The position numbers and the translations under genes were made by a program. This document shows, piece by piece, positions 39,375 to 54,790 of a stretch of DNA of 64,000 nt. Source of the stretch: Eledone cirrhosa (taxonomy: Eukaryota). The notes beneath the pieces are model-generated. The model was not told the DNA's origin. It searched no databases and saw only the letters and a list, made by a program, of their open reading frames with translations. The stretch lies in contig OZ024741.1 in NCBI GenBank assembly GCA_964016885.1, positions 325,686,001-325,750,000 of the forward strand. Direction: 5' to 3'. The stretch's first letter is position 1. Each line of letters begins with the position of its first letter.

Positions 39375-39576
39375 TATAAGCACAAGGTCAGCAATTCGGG
39401 CGAGAGGAAAGTCGATTAAATCGACCCCAGTACTGGTGCTTTATTTTATCGGCCCCGTAAGGATGAAAGGCAAAGTTAACCTCGGCGGTATTTGAACTCA
39501 GACCGTAAAGAACCGTAACTCTATGCTTCAAAGCATGGTGTACGACTCTCTACCGATACTGCCGATCCACCACCCT
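39375..39576 (-). mobile_element. Meta-like SINE, reverse strand
   Basis: CCCCGTAAGGATGAAAGGCAAAGTTAACCTCGGCGGTATTTGAACTCAGA. Confidence 0.85.
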
Positions 39577-39789
39577 TGTATATATAAAGAAATGGAAAGT
39601 GTTGTTTGTCAGATTGGATCAAGAAAAGTAGGCTTCCATGGTAAATACGTATCCAACTGACACAACATGTGACATATGCGTCACTACTTTTCCAGTGACA
39701 GGAGGCGTGAATTGAACACAAGGCGCACAAAACCGGAACAGAAACCACGAAGTATTAGTATTTAGCAACTCAACCATATATAGACTGCC

Positions 39790-40010
39790 ACCTTTTATGG
39801 ACTTCTACCATTCGTGGACTACATGTATGTATAATACTACAAATCTACCATACATGGACATCAATTGTTTATGGACTTCTACTATACATGTATTACATAT
39901 ATGGACAATTCTACCAATCTACTATATATGAATTTTAATATTTTATGGACCTTTGCCATATATGGACTACATATATGGACAATTCCACCAATTTACCATA
40001 TCTGGACTGC
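39790..40010. repeat. Minisatellite, ~74-bp unit x3
   Basis: TTTATGGAC(T/C)T recurs near 39793, 39867 and 39941, with internal ATGGAC subrepeats. Confidence 0.75.
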
Positions 40011-40189
40011 TATTTTATCTATCGACATTGAAAGGATGAAAGTCCAACTTACATCGTCAGGATTACTACTGAGACCACAAACAGTCTGAGCATGCCACAA
40101 GGGTTTAATCTGACGCTCTAACGACACTGCTAAATCACCAGCTTTCATTGATCACACGAAACAAAACTCAGTAAGAATAAATCAAAAGA

Positions 40190-41375
<1,186 letters not shown>

Positions 41376-41631
41376 TATGCAATGCAAGTTAGCTAGGATA
41401 TTGGAATATTGGAATATTGTTTCAAATCCCAGAAATGACAACCTCACTAAAGATATATAGCAAATAAAATCTATACTTGATGAGATTCTTACCTCGGATA
41501 CTATTTGCAATTACCGCAATGGCTCATGGGATATTCTCCTGTATATGTTTGTGCACTTGACATGAATATGTGAACGGTGATGTAATGGTTGTCTTCACCG
41601 TTGTTGTTGTTGTTGTTATTATTATCGTAAT

Positions 41632-41660
<29 letters not shown>

Positions 41661-41663
<3 letters not shown>

Positions 41664-41900
41664 GAGGCACGTAGACTTACGATCATAATGTCGTCGTTTC
41701 GAATCCCGGGATGCGTGTTGTGTTCTTGAGCAAAACACTCCACTTCACGTTGCTCCAATATACTCAACTGAAAATGAGTATTAGCAATAGCTGGGGGTCT
41801 AAGACTGCGATGGATTGCCGTCCTGTCCAGAGGGGAGTCTTGTACTCTCAGTTGTTTCACGCCATGAAACCGGGATAAGCACGAGCCAAATGAACCTTCT
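41661..41900 (+). mobile_element. tRNA-derived SINE, third family (CORE/V-domain-like motifs)
   Basis: B-box TTCGAATCCC, GTTGTGTTCTTGAGCAAAACACT, CTGCGATGGATTGCCGTCCTGTCCAG. Confidence 0.6.
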
Positions 41901-42492
41901 GGCTTAAGACAGATCTCAGGCTTTAATTAGACAATTCCATTGATTTGCTAATTATTTATGTTTGTTTAATAATGTCTAGTCGAGAGCTTCTTTTTCGGAT
42001 TGTGGAACGGAATTAATTCCTTTGTTCAAACTTTAAATTTGACCGCCAAAAACCGGGGGTTACTTCCCTTGTTGGAAAAAACACGTGACAGTGAAACATT
42101 GACTGCTGCCACCGTTAGCAGTTCAGTGCTACACGTCACTCCGGCTTGAGGCATAGAGCGGAAACTTGTTGATAACGTGAGTCCACAGTTCAATCATCGA
42201 ATACCACAAACTTGCATATTGCTCAAGTAGGATTCATAGAAACCTATCGGACGTATTGCATAATATCGTTCGATTTGATCCACGTCAGTTGTCTAACCTG
42301 ATTGGTTTTTTTCGTTGATTTGGTATTATGTGGCTAGGCTTACCTGCCGCCATTTTCAATTTGTCAAGCTGCCTAAACGTATGTTATTACACTAAGGTCA
42401 AACAACCCCATCGAGTGCTTTGCTGCACATTCCTAATAGTATATCTTTAGCTTAGCCACAGCCAAAACTTCGATTTTACTAAACTCCCACTA

Positions 42493-42539
<47 letters not shown>

Positions 42540-42581
42540 AAAAAGTATTACCCACTCTACCGGTTTCGAACCCATCTTCAG
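42540..42581 (-). ncRNA. Truncated minimal type I hammerhead motif (Penelope-like remnant) next to (TA)n
   Basis: Minus strand reads CTGAAGA-TGGGTTC-GAAAC-CG-GTA-GAGTGGG; the 5' strand of stem I is replaced by E9. Confidence 0.45.
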
Positions 42582-44293
42582 AGGCTGGATCACAGCAATG
42601 CACACCAACATCTGCTCGACGGTCAAGGTGAACAGCTACCTATCGGAGCAATCACGCGTTTAATCCGACAGGGATTCCCTTTCTTCTCCATTCTATACGT
42701 ATTGACTCGAGAGGCACTACTACGGAAGTTGGGGCTTCTCCAGGGCATCCCTTTGGAACCGGGACTGCTGTAGAAATCCTCGGAAATCGGGGCGATCGGC
42801 AACTTACTGTAGGAATACGAAAGGCTCACAGGAGCAAAACTGAACCGAGACAAATCTATTACTTTGCGACTCGGAACGTGGAGAGGCAAACCGATGCCGT
42901 CCGACAGCGTCGTCAGACGCTGGACGAAAGGACCGGTGAAATTGCTCGGGCTCTGTTTCGGTCCGGACCTCCAGGTGGAGAAAAACTGGAACGAGGACAC
43001 GGCCAAGGTATTTGCGCTCAACCAGAAGTGGGCAGAGTGCAAACTATCCTTGATAGGTCGAGCGGAGGTGGCGAACACTTTCATAGAGTTCGTCATTTGC
43101 TACCGCTTGACCGTCGTGCCTTGTCCCCGTGAATACCCCATCAAGATGGAACGCATGCTCTTCGAGTTCCTTTGGAAGAAGCAGGCTCCACTGGTGAGGA
43201 GATCCCTCTGCCTTCAACACCCTTCCAACGAAGGGCTGGGAACGCCATGGATGATGATGCGCAAACACGCGCTGAGGCTACGGCATCTCCAGGTATTCCT
43301 CACTGACCAACCGGTGTGGGCACTGTTTGTGAGACAGGCCTTCCCGCAACTTGTCTCGCTGACGGAGCTGCAGTCCTGGGACAAGCGAGCTCAGCAATCA
43401 GTGGAGACTCCACTTCGAGATTCTATAGAGGGTCAGTACGTCACAAGGGCGACGACGTGCTCGGAGAGACTCTGGGTGTCGAAGACGATGAGCTCACCAG
43501 TCTGTACGGTAGGATTTGCCGCCCGGGACCTATGGATAGCTTCCAGAGGTCCTTGGCCTGGCAGTGATACCGAGGAGCTCTACCAGTTCGAGATAAGATC
43601 TACAGGCACGGACGCCCTGGGAGGGATCCTTCCAAGAGGACATGTCAAAGATGCGAGCAGGACATTGAAACCGCCCTGCACGCAATTGTACACTGCTCGG
43701 GTGTAACCGACCTGTGGAACTACGCAGAACAACTGCTGTCGCGTATGGGACAAATCCAGTTGATTGCCAAGTCCATAGTAAGGATCAAACCGCCAACTTC
43801 TTTCAAAAACGAAAGAGAGGCGGTTTTCCTCTGTATAGTGGCTACGGTAAAAGAGGTTATATGGTGGACGAGATTGAGAGGACTGAGGACAGATGCCCTT
43901 CTCTCCGGACAGCAACTCATTACCTTCTTTAGGTACCACTTTAGAAGGAGAATCAGAGTGGAGATAGAGGCACTGCACCCCAGTACATTTACTGAAAGGT
44001 GGGTGAATGTAGCAAAAATGGCCTGAGTGATTGGGCCTTCCCTGTATATAAACCTGTATATGAAAGAAGAGAACAAAAGGAAGAAAGGAGTATTTGCACA
44101 ACATGCTTCTGGAGTTGAGGGTTGTTCTATCGACGGGGTATTAAACATCCCATTTGTAACGCCTCCCCTATTGGGGATTTCGATTGTTAAATTTGTTTGT
44201 TGAAAATATATTTTTACACGATTGTATGTAAAATCCCCTGCACATACCCTGTATTGTTCCCTTTTCTTTTGCACCCTTGTGGCAAATAAAGAA
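42577..44293 (+). mobile_element. E9: 5'-truncated, highly degenerate copy (D-like); first element of array 2
   Basis: RT-to-3' end remnants with stops and deletions (YADD segment deleted); 3'UTR hairpins; AATAAA; no TATC at its 5' side. Confidence 0.9.

Positions 44294-44324
<31 letters not shown>
44294..44324 (+). repeat. (TATC)n tract
   Basis: About 8 units. Confidence 0.96.
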
Positions 44325-47300
44325 ACCGGATGGCATATACGTTCTTCACATCGGCTCCGCGAATATTGGAGATATTACGTGTTAAAAGTAAGTGTTTGTC
44401 TGTATTCTTGCGTTATTGCGTTAATTAACCCCCTTGCCTGGGTCTTCGGACATTAAGGTTAATTTATTTCACCCCTTTTGGGGTGAAATTTTTCATCCTA
44501 AAAATCTTGCAATTGTCTCTACGCTAGTGGTAATGGAACCCATTACCACAGGTAACAATGACACGCCCACTAAACAAACTGAAGGAGAGCGGGTAGCTGA
44601 GGCAACAAACCACCCTACTGAAAGAATAATGATTATTAGAAACATTGAAAAAATGGAACCTAACCCTAATGAAAAAAATGTGAAAAAAATTACCAAAAAA
44701 ATTGCCAAAATTAATGGATGCCGTTTCGACTTTTCACAGCGCCACGCCCACCAGCAAAGGTGAAAGAGAAGTAGTAGCTGTGACTACAAGTCTCTCGGAT
44801 AATGAAAATATAAGTGAAGACTTTGAAAAAATGGAGTCTAACCCCAAAGGGAAAAAAATGTGAACGAATACACCAACATAAGTAACACAGACACAACAAA
44901 AACAACTTTCGCCCAGACAACAAAAATATCAATCACATATACACCTATTGACTTAACTGCCGCCAGAGAGAAACTGGCAGAAGCAAAAAAGCACATAGTC
45001 TTGGGGGAGAACGGAATGTTTTCCATTAATTCCCCCCCAGAATTCAAGAAAACGAGACAAGAAAACACTGTTCTGTTTAGAACAGTCCTAAACAACACAA
45101 GGAAGTCAGCACAGCTCACCGAAAGGGAGATAGAGTTGGTCCTAAAAGACCATATGAAGAATATTCTCTTCATACGAAAGGACCGACTCTATGGCAGCAT
45201 TTCTGTTTTAACAAAAGACAAAGAAACAGCACAGAGGCTTTCCATAAGCCCACTCACATCAACAGCATACAGTTTCTATCCCTCCTACATGGGTAGAAGA
45301 ACTCAGCGAATCAAAATACAGACAATGCTGCCCACAATGGACTTCTGGTCGGCTATTGCTGGCTTCATAGACATGGGCGAGGACACAGTGCTGTCAATGG
45401 GGAAGGCATCTGGAGATGCGTTCCTGGGAATGGGCCTCGACCTACTAGTACAAATGAGGCCCGAAAGAATAGCGCAAATCCCGGATCGCATCTGGCTGGA
45501 TGACCTCACCCCAATATATATAATTGTAGAGGGGAGAAGACCAGCATACTATTCATGCATGGAAAGGGGACACGTTAAGGCTAACTGCCCGAATCGTATC
45601 CCCCAAAAAGGACTATTGCCCACACCCACTACAAACAGTACACCAACACCACCCACCTCCAAAAATACACTAACACCATCAACACACACAGCAAACAAAA
45701 TACAGACACCACCAACCACAAGCACAACACAAACATCACCTCCACCAGCACCAAACACAAGCACGACACAAAAATCACCACCACCATCACCAACCACAAG
45801 CACAACACAAACATCACCACCACCATCACCAACCACAAGCATGACACAAACATCACCACCACCACCACCAAAAAACACATTCCAAAAAAACAAAAAAACA
45901 GCAACAATTCTACCCCTCCCGCAAAAAAAACAACCAGACACCACGTCCCTCCCACCTAGCGCTGAAGAGTTTCCCCAACTTCTGAAGAAGAAGGAGGAGA
46001 AGCCTTCAGACAAGTTAAAATGAAAAAACGAAAGCACACACCCAGCACACCACAACAACAAATAACCCACACACAAATACCAACTCCAATCAAAAACACC
46101 CCACCCTCGACAAACAAAAATAAATCTGCGCCTCCCCCCTTCGAAACATTGACAGCATCACAAAAAAAGACTTTACAATACACATATATAAATAAAGAAA
46201 ACAAAAAACTGTTTAAATTAATAAACAATAGCCCTTTGGTGCAGACCGAAGGGCCAAACTTTATCTCAACAGAGAACTTCACTCATTTGAAAATGATAAA
46301 GGTGCCTCTGGACCTCTATCGTTCCTTAAAAGAACAATTTAAACAGGACGTGAGCACCCCCTGTTTAAAACCGTTAAATCGCGTCCTCTTGAAATATTTC
46401 CCCATAACCTCCCCTCTCCCTGACACAACTGCAAATACCCTAACCCCACCACACTCGGATACCCCCACACCACCACAACACATCCCTCCACCCAACACAC
46501 CCGACCCCATGGAAATTACACAACCCGGAGAGGTAGGTGCTATTCTTTCTTCACTTTCAACACCAAAACAGATCAATTGAGAGTTGGTTGTTTGAATGCG
46601 CGTGGCCTGGGCTCAGCTTGGAAGCAAGCAAAGCTTCTAAGTGATCTCAGGTCACGAAGTATAGATATGATGGTTGTTTGCGAGAGTCGGATCAGCAGCG
46701 TGCGACAGCTGGCTCCCGCCTTCGATGACTTTGAGATGCACGCATCTCTCTGTCAACCCGTAGGTGGGGGTGGGGTTGCCGTACTGCTGGATAAACGTCT
46801 GGCTCTCGACGTACAGATTGTTCACTCGGACCCGGGGGGTCGATTACTGGTGCTGGACGTCGGAGGCGGTGAAGGCGGGGCTTTCAGACTGGAGGTCTTT
46901 ATGCCTCCTTCGGGGCCGAAAGAGCCGACTTCTTCCAGCGTCTGGAGACTTTTCTAGGAACGTTGCGTTCCCTGCTTTTAGTGGGGGACTGGAATGGAAT
47001 CCTAGATGCGCGTTGGGACTATGCAGGGGCATGTCCCGATAGAGCGGGGTGTAGCAGCCTCAAGGGGTTACTCGATCGATTCGACCTGGTCGATAGATTT
47101 CGACTAGATTTTCCAACTGTGCCAACCTGGACTTGGGCAAACCGCAGTGGTCAATCTAGATCGTACCTAGATAGGTTTTTGGTTAGGAGTAAGGATAGGG
47201 ACGTATTTAGTTGTCCAGAATTGCTCATGGTTGGCTATTCAGATCACAAATTAGTGACCTGCGTGGTCAACCTTGATAGAACGCATAGACAGGGTCCCAG

Positions 47301-50223
47301 ATACTGGAAGATGAACTTGTCCTTGCCGGCAAAGGAAGCTTACAGGAACCGGATTAGTAGCTTAGTTAAGATGCGGTTGACGGGAGCGATCGTCAACAGC
47401 AGGTGGTGGGTATCTCTAAAGAGAGAGATTAGAGTAAGTTCGATAGGTTACAGTAAGGAACTAGCGGCGAATAGAAATAGGAGGGAAAGGGAGTTGACAG
47501 ATAAACTAGAAGAGGCGATTAGGAGCGGAGACGTCGCCAGAGTGTTAGCGTCGAGAACGGCGTTGAGCCAGTTCTTTGACGCAAAGCACGAAGGCTGCGT
47601 TGTCCGAAGTAAAATACGTGCTTTAGGAAACGAGGGGTCCAAAGATGTTAACTGGGCCCGCGTGACAGAAGCCAAGAGTGGGAATAAATCCACCATTCGG
47701 TCTTTGCGAGACCAGGATGGACGGGTGATCCTTGAACCTTAGCTGATGTGCGAGGCCTTTCAAAGGCACTTTGCTCGACTGTTTGGAGGGGGCGGGGGGC
47801 CGGACGTGGATGCGGACTTCAGTCCATACCTCGACGGTCTACCGCGCCTTTCGAGCGGCGAAGCGGAGTGCTGCGAAAGGCCAATCACATCCACTGAAAT
47901 CGGGGAAGCGCTCAGCCAATGCAGCAGACGCAAATCTCCGGGTCTCGATGGTCTACCATACGAACTTTATTTAGCTATGCCGGTCTTGTTCTCCGAACTC
48001 GTCGAGGCTGTCTATTGCAACTGGCAACATAACGGGAGAATTTCCTGTTCTGTGACCAAGGGCGTAGTCACGCTAGTGAGGAAGGACGAGAGCAAGGGGG
48101 ACGACTTAAGTAACTTTAGGCCCATAACTCTGCTGAATGCAGATTTTGGCCAAGGTGTTAGCGAAGAGATTGGCGCTTGTGGTGGGTGGCTTGGTGGGAG
48201 ACGCGCAGACATACGCTATCCCGTCCAGGTCCATTCACGACAACCTCCACCTCATGCGATACATCGTGGAGAAGGTTGGCTACGAACCCGGCTTTGGTGG
48301 GGCCCTGATCAACTTGGATCAATCTAAGGCGTTCGATAGGGTCGACCATGGTTACCTGGATGCGGTGCTAGCGGCGGCGGGCTTCGTACCCGTTTTCAGG
48401 GGCTGGATTTCTGCCATGCACAGTGGCAACGTCTGCTCTAGGGTTAAAGTAAACGGCTACATCTCGCAGCCGTTTCAAATCACCCGATCCATCAGGCAGG
48501 GGTGCTCCCTCTCCTCCCTTCTGTACGTATTGGCTCTCGAGCCACTGCTGCGGAAGTTGGAGTTGCTGCGGGGCATACCCCTGGAACCGGGATTGCACAA
48601 AGCGGTCTCGGCCTATGCCGACGACGTAACAGTAATGGTGGCGGACGCCTCGGAAATCGGGGCGATCGCCACCCTACTGGAGGAATACGAAAGGCTGACG
48701 GGGGCTAGGCTGAACCGGGACAAGTCAGTCGGTTTGCAACTCGGAACGTGGAGGGGCAAACCGATGCCGTTAGACGGTGTCGTCGGACGGTGGACGGAGG
48801 GCCCGGTGAAGCTGCTCGGGGTCTGGTTCGGACTGGACCTCTAGGTGGAGAAGAATTGGGGCGAGGTGACGAGCAGGGTGTTTGCGCCTTTCCAGAAGTG
48901 GGCCAAGTGCAAACTATCACTGAAAGGTCGGGCGGAGGTGGCGAACGCTTACATAGCGTCCGTCATCTACTACCGCCTGACCGTCGTGCCTTGTCCTAAG
49001 GAAACGCTCACCATCATGGAGCGCATGCTCTTCCAGTTCCTCTGGAAGAAGCGGCCTCCCATGGTGAGGAGATCCATCTGCTGCCAGCACCCTTCGAAAG
49101 GAGGGCTGGGTATGCCGTGGCTGTTGATGCGTAGGCACGCATTGAGGCTACGGCATCTACAGGTATACCTCACCCGTCAGCTGGTGTGGGCCCCGTTTGT
49201 GAGGCGAGCCTTCCCACAGCTCGTCTCGCTCACCGAGCTGCAATCCTGGGTGAAGCAAAGACCGAGAAAACTGGGCAATTGGCACACTGAGTGTGCCCAG
49301 GCGCTCACGGCTCTCTGGCAAGCGGACCCGACTATCAGTGGAGAATCCACCTCGACATTCTATAGAGGGCTGGTGGCTAGCAGGGGTGACAACACCCTTG
49401 GAGACTCGCTAGGCATGGAGGAGGACGAACTGGCCAGCCTGTTCGGTAGAACTTTCGGCCCGGGACCCATGAACAACTTACAGAGTCCCCTAGCCTGGCA
49501 GTGCTACCGGGGGTCTCTGCCCGTTCGAGAAAAGCTCTACAGACACGGGCGCCCGGGCAGGGATCCCGCGAAAAAGATCTGTCCTAGATGCGTGCGCGAC
49601 GAGGAAACCGTTGCGCATGCACTGGTACACTGCCCGGGCGTTGCCGATCTGCGGGGCTACGTCGAACGACTGCTGTCGCGTGTGGTGCCGATTCGATTGG
49701 CCGCCGAGTTCGTGGTGAACATCAAGCCGCCTTCTCCCTTCAGAAATGAAGCAGAGGTGGTCTTTCTGTGCGTAATAGCCATGATAAAAGAGGTTATGTG
49801 GTGGACGCGCCTGAAAGGTCTGAGGTCGGGTGACTTTCTCTCCGGCCATCACCTGGTTTACTTCTTCCGATACCACTTCGGAAGAAGGATTAGGATGGAG
49901 AGAGAAGTGCTTGGCCCCAGACAGTTTTATGAAAGGTGAGTGAAAGTGGCGAGAATGGCTCGTGTAAATGGGCCTTCTCTCTACATTGTTCTGTAGGTGA
50001 AGAAGTGAAGAGGAAAGGGGGAACGCCTCCTCTCTGGGCTTCCCCCGGGTAAAGGGTTGCACACTTTTCGGGGGTATGTGCAATCCCCAACACGCCCCCT
50101 CCCTTTTGAGGACTTTTTATTATTATATTCTTATTGTCATTCCTTTTTTCTTTACTCGCATTTATGTAAACTGCCCCCTGTGTATTTGTCCATTCCTTTT
50201 GTGCCCTAGTGGCAAATAAAGAA
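44325..50223 (+). mobile_element. E10: full-length copy (A-like, distinct 5'UTR), inactivated
   Basis: ORF1 remnants ~44533-46536 (knuckle mutated YYSCMERGHVKANC; 36-bp TTSTTQTSPPPSP repeats at ~45715-45870); ORF2 remnants ~46570-49996 with stops and frameshifts. Confidence 0.93.

Positions 50224-50262
<39 letters not shown>
50224..50262 (+). repeat. (TATC)n tract
   Basis: About 10 units. Confidence 0.96.
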
Positions 50263-52969
50263 GCTTTGAGCCAGTTTTTCGACGCGAAGCACGAAGGCTG
50301 CGTTGTCCGAAGTAAAATACGTGCTCTAGGGAACGAGGGGACCAAAGCTGTTAGCTGGGCCCGCGTGACAGAGGCCAACAGTGGAACTAAATCCACCATC
50401 CGGTCTTTGCGAGACCTGGATGGACGGGCGATTCTTGAGCCTAAGCAGATGTGTGAGGCCTTTCAAAGGCACTTTGCCCGACTGTTCGAGAGGGGCGGGG
50501 AGCCGGTTGGGAACGTGGACTTCGGTCCATACCTCGACGGCCTGCCGCGCCTCTCGGACAGGGAGGCGAAGTCCTGCGAGGAGCCGATTTCGGCCGCTGA
50601 GATAGAGGACGTGCTGAGCCAATGCGGCAAACGCAAATCCCCGGGTCTCGATGGTCTTCCTTACGAATTATATCTAGCTATGCCGGACTTGTTCCCCGAT
50701 CTCCTCGAGGCGGTCTACTGCAACTGGCAACAGAACGGGAGAATTCCCTGTACTGTGACCAAGGGCGTAGTCACGCTAGTGAGGAAGGACGAGAACAAGG
50801 GGGACGAAATAAGTAACTTCAGGCCCATAACACTGCTAAATACAGAGTTACAGATTTTGGCCAAGGTGCTAGCAAAGAGGTTGGCGCTTGTCGTGGGCAA
50901 CCTGATGGGAGATGCGCAGACATGCGCTATCCCGTCCAGGTCCATCCATGACAACCTCCACCTCATGCGATACATCATAGAGAGGGTTGGGAACGAACCC
51001 GGCTTTGGTGGGGCTCTGATCAACTTGGATCAATCTAAGGCGTTCGATAGGGTCGACCATGGTTACCTGGATGCGGTGCTAGCGGCGGCAGGCTTCGGAC
51101 CCGTTTTCAGGGGCTGGATCACTGCTATGCACAGCAGCCGCATCTGCTCTAGGGTCAAGGTGAACGGCTACCTCTCGGAGCCGTTCAAAATCGCGCGGTC
51201 CATCCGACAAGGGTGCCCTCTCTCCTCCCTTCTGTATGTGTTGACTCTCGAGCCACTACTGCGGAAGTTGGAGTTGTTGCAGGGCATCCCTTTGGAACCG
51301 GGATTGCGGAAAGCGGTGTCGGCCTACGCCGATGACGTGACAGTAATGGTGTCGACGGCCTCCGAAATCGAGGCGGTCGGCACCTTACTGGAGGAGTACG
51401 AAAAGTTCACAGGGGCTAAGCTGAACCGGGACAAGTCAATCGGTTTGCAACTCGGCACGTGGAGGGGCAGACCGATGCCCTCCGATAGCGTCGTCGGACG
51501 CTGGACGGAGGGCCCGGTGAAGTTGCTCGGGGTCTGGTTCGGACCGGACCTCCAGGTGGAGAAAAACTGGGCGGAGGTTACGAACAGGGTGTTTGCACTG
51601 ACCCAGAAGTGGGCCAGTTGCAAACTATCCCTGAAAGGTCGGGCGGAGGTGGCGAACACCTACATAGCGTCCGTCATCTACTACCGCCTGACCGTAGTGC
51701 CCTGCCCAAGGGAAACCCTCACCAAGATGGAGCGCGCGCTCTTCCAATTCCTTTGGAAGAGGCGGGCTCCTATGGTGAGGAGATCCATCTGCTGTCAACA
51801 CCCTTCGAAAGGAGGGCTGGGGATGCCGTGGCTAATGATGCGTAAACACGCATTAAGGCTACGGCACCTCTACGTATTCCTCACCGGACAACCGGTGTGG
51901 GCCTCGTTTGTGAGACGGACCTTTCCCAGACTCGTCTCACTCACCGAGCTGCAATCCTGGGTCAAGCAAAGACCGAGAAAACTGGGCGCCTGGCACACTG
52001 AGTGTGCCCAGGCGCTCACCGCCCTCTGGCAGGCGGATCCGGTTATCAGTGGAGACTCCACCGCAACATTCTATAGAGGGCTGGTACGCAGCAGGTGCGA
52101 CGACGCCCTCGGAGAAGCCCTAGACATGGAGGAGGACGAACTGGCCAGCCTGTTCGGTAGGACATTCAGCCCGGGACCTATGGACAACTTCCAGAAGTCC
52201 CTGGCCTGGCAGTGCTACCGAGGGGCTTTACCCGTTCGAGAAAGGCTCTACAGACACGGGCGCCCGGGTAGGGACCCCGCCAAAAAGATCTGTCCCAGAT
52301 GCGTGTGCGACGAGGAAACCGTTGCACACGCATTAGTACACTGCTCGGGCGTAGCCGATCTGTGGGGCTATGTCGAACAACTGCTGTCAAGGGTGGGACC
52401 GATCCGGTTGACCACCGAGTCTATTGTAATGATCAAGCCGCCTCCCCCCTTCAAAGATGAAGCAGAGGCGGTGTTTCTGTGCGTAATAGCCATGGCGAAA
52501 GAGGTTGTATGGTGGACGCGTCTGAAAGGACTGAGGTCGGGCACCTTTCTCTCTGGCCAACAACTGGTCCGTTTCTTCCGATATCATTTCGGAAGAAGGA
52601 TCAGGATGGAGAGAGAGGTGCTGCACCCCAGCCGTTTCTATGAAAGATGGGTGAAAGTGGCGAGAATGGCCTGTGTGAATGGGCCTTCACTCTACATCAG
52701 ACTATAGGTGAGGAAGATGAAAGACCAAGGGAGCACCCCTTCTCTGTGCTCCTGAGGAGAAGGGTTGCACACTTTTTTCGGGGGTGTGTGCGACCCCCCA
52801 AGGCGCCTCCTCTCTATTGAGGATTTTGTTAAAAATTTTATTTTTTGTTATATCTTATTTTATTTTTATATTTTGTTATTGCCTCCTCCTTATTGAGGAC
52901 GCCTTTTTGTGTAAACTCCCCCCTTTGTACTTGTCCCACTTTTGATGCCCTAGTGGCAAATAAAAGAAA
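50263..52969 (+). mobile_element. E11: 5'-truncated young copy (subfamily B), ORF2 open from linker to stop 52707
   Basis: Near-identical to E3 from 11578 onward; no stops. Confidence 0.95.
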
Positions 52970-52971
52970 TA

Positions 52972-53010
<39 letters not shown>

Positions 53011-53011
53011 A

Positions 53012-53048
<37 letters not shown>
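52970..53048 (+). repeat. (TATC)n tract
   Basis: About 19 units. Confidence 0.96.
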
Positions 53049-54699
53049 GGAACCGGGACTGCGGAAAGCGGCGTCGGCCTACGCCGACGACGTGACAGTA
53101 ATGGTGTCGAGCGCCTCGCAAATCGAGGAAGTCGGCACCTTACTAAAGGAATACGAAAGTCTCACAGGAGCGAAGCTGAACCGGGACAAGTCCATCGGTT
53201 TGCAACTCGGATCGTGGAGAGGGAGACCGATGCCTTCCGATGGCGTCGTCGGACGCTGGACGGAAGGACCGGTAAAGCTGCTCGGGGTCTGGTTTGGTCT
53301 GGACCTCCAGGTGGAGAAGAACTGGAACGAAGTGACGGCCAAGGTGTTTGCACTCACCCAGAATTGGGCCGAGTGCAAACTATCCTTGAAAGGTCGAGCG
53401 GAGGTGGCGAACACTTTTATAGCGTCCGCCATCTACTACCGCTTGACCGTCGTGCCTTGTCCAGCCAAAACGCTCGCCAAAATGGAGCGCGCCCTCTTCC
53501 GATTCCTTTGGAAGAGGCGGGCTCCTTTGGTAAGAAGATCCATCTGCTGCCAACACCCTTCTAACGGAGGGCTGGGGATGCCGTGGTTGACGATGCGCAA
53601 ACACGCGCTCAGGCTGCGGCATCTCTACGTATTCCTCATCGGACAACCGGTGTGGGCCCCGTTCGTGAGGCGAGCCTTCCCACGACTCGTCTCGCTGACC
53701 GAGCTGCAGTCCTGGGTCAAGCAGAGACCGAGGAAAATGGGCGACTGGCACATCGAATGTGCTCAGGCGCTCACAGCCTTCTGGCAGGCGGACCCAGCGA
53801 TCAGTGGAGACTCCACTTCGACATTCTATAGAGGGTTGGTCCGCAGCAAGTGCGACGACGCGCTCGGTGAAACTCTAGGCGTGGAGGAAGATGAACTGGC
53901 CAGTCTGTTCGGTAGGACCTTCCGCCCGGGACCGATGGACAACTTCCAAAAGTCCCTGGCCTGGCAGTGCTACCGAGGAGCTCTACCAGTTCGAGACAAG
54001 CTCTACAGACATGGGCGCCCGGGCAGGGACCCTGCAAAAAAGATCTGTCCGAGGTGCGTGCGAGACGAAGAAACCATCGCGCACGCATTCATACACTGCC
54101 CGGGCGTCACTGACCTGTGGGGCTATGTAGAACGACTATTGTCGCGGGTGGGACCAATCCAGTTGACCACCGAGTCCATTGTCATGATCAAACCGCCACC
54201 CTCCTTCAAAAACGAAGGAGAGGCGGTTTTCCTTTGTGTGATAGCTATGGCGAAAGAGGTTGTATGGTGGACAAGGTTGAAAGGACTGAGGTCAGACACC
54301 TTTCTCTCCGGCCAACAACTGATTCTTTTTTTCAAATACCACTTTGGAAGAAGAATCAGGATGGAGAGAGAGGTGCTGTACCCCAGCAAGTTTTATGAAA
54401 GGTGGGTGAAAGTGGCGAGAATGGCCCGAGTGAATGGGCCTTCTCTCTATATCAGCCTGTAGGTTGAGGAAAAGGAGGAGGAGAGGAAAGGAGTACAAGC
54501 TCTTCGTACTCCTGGAGATGAGGGTTGCACATTTTTTTCGGGGGTCTGTGTTACCCATATAAACTGTCTCCCTCTATTGGGGAAAATCGACTAACTTTTA
54601 AATTCCATCTGTGATAACATTTTACACGTTTTTATTGTATGTAAACTTCCCCCTTTGTATTTGTCCCCTTCTTTTGTGCCCCTGTGGCTAATAAAGAAA
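53046..54699 (+). mobile_element. E12: 5'-truncated young copy (subfamily C), open to stop 54462
   Basis: Starts ~30 nt upstream of AYADD, with TCT microhomology to the tract. Confidence 0.95.
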
Positions 54700-54736
54700 T
54701 ATATCTATCTATCTATCTATCTATCTCTCTCTCTAT
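54700..54736 (+). repeat. (TATC)n/(TC)n tract
   Basis: About 6 TATC units then TCTCTCTCTAT. Confidence 0.95.
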
Positions 54737-54790
54737 CAGTCGTGTGTCACTTCGCGGAGAAGTTTCCGTTAATTTATGTAAGGAAAAAAC

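Noticed and set aside
50209-52707. 832-aa ORF beginning MANKEIYLSIYLSIYLSI as a novel fusion protein
   Set aside because: It starts at a GTG in E10's 3'UTR and passes through (TATC)n, which has no + strand stop in any frame, into truncated E11. The same artefact occurs at 20560 and 52845.
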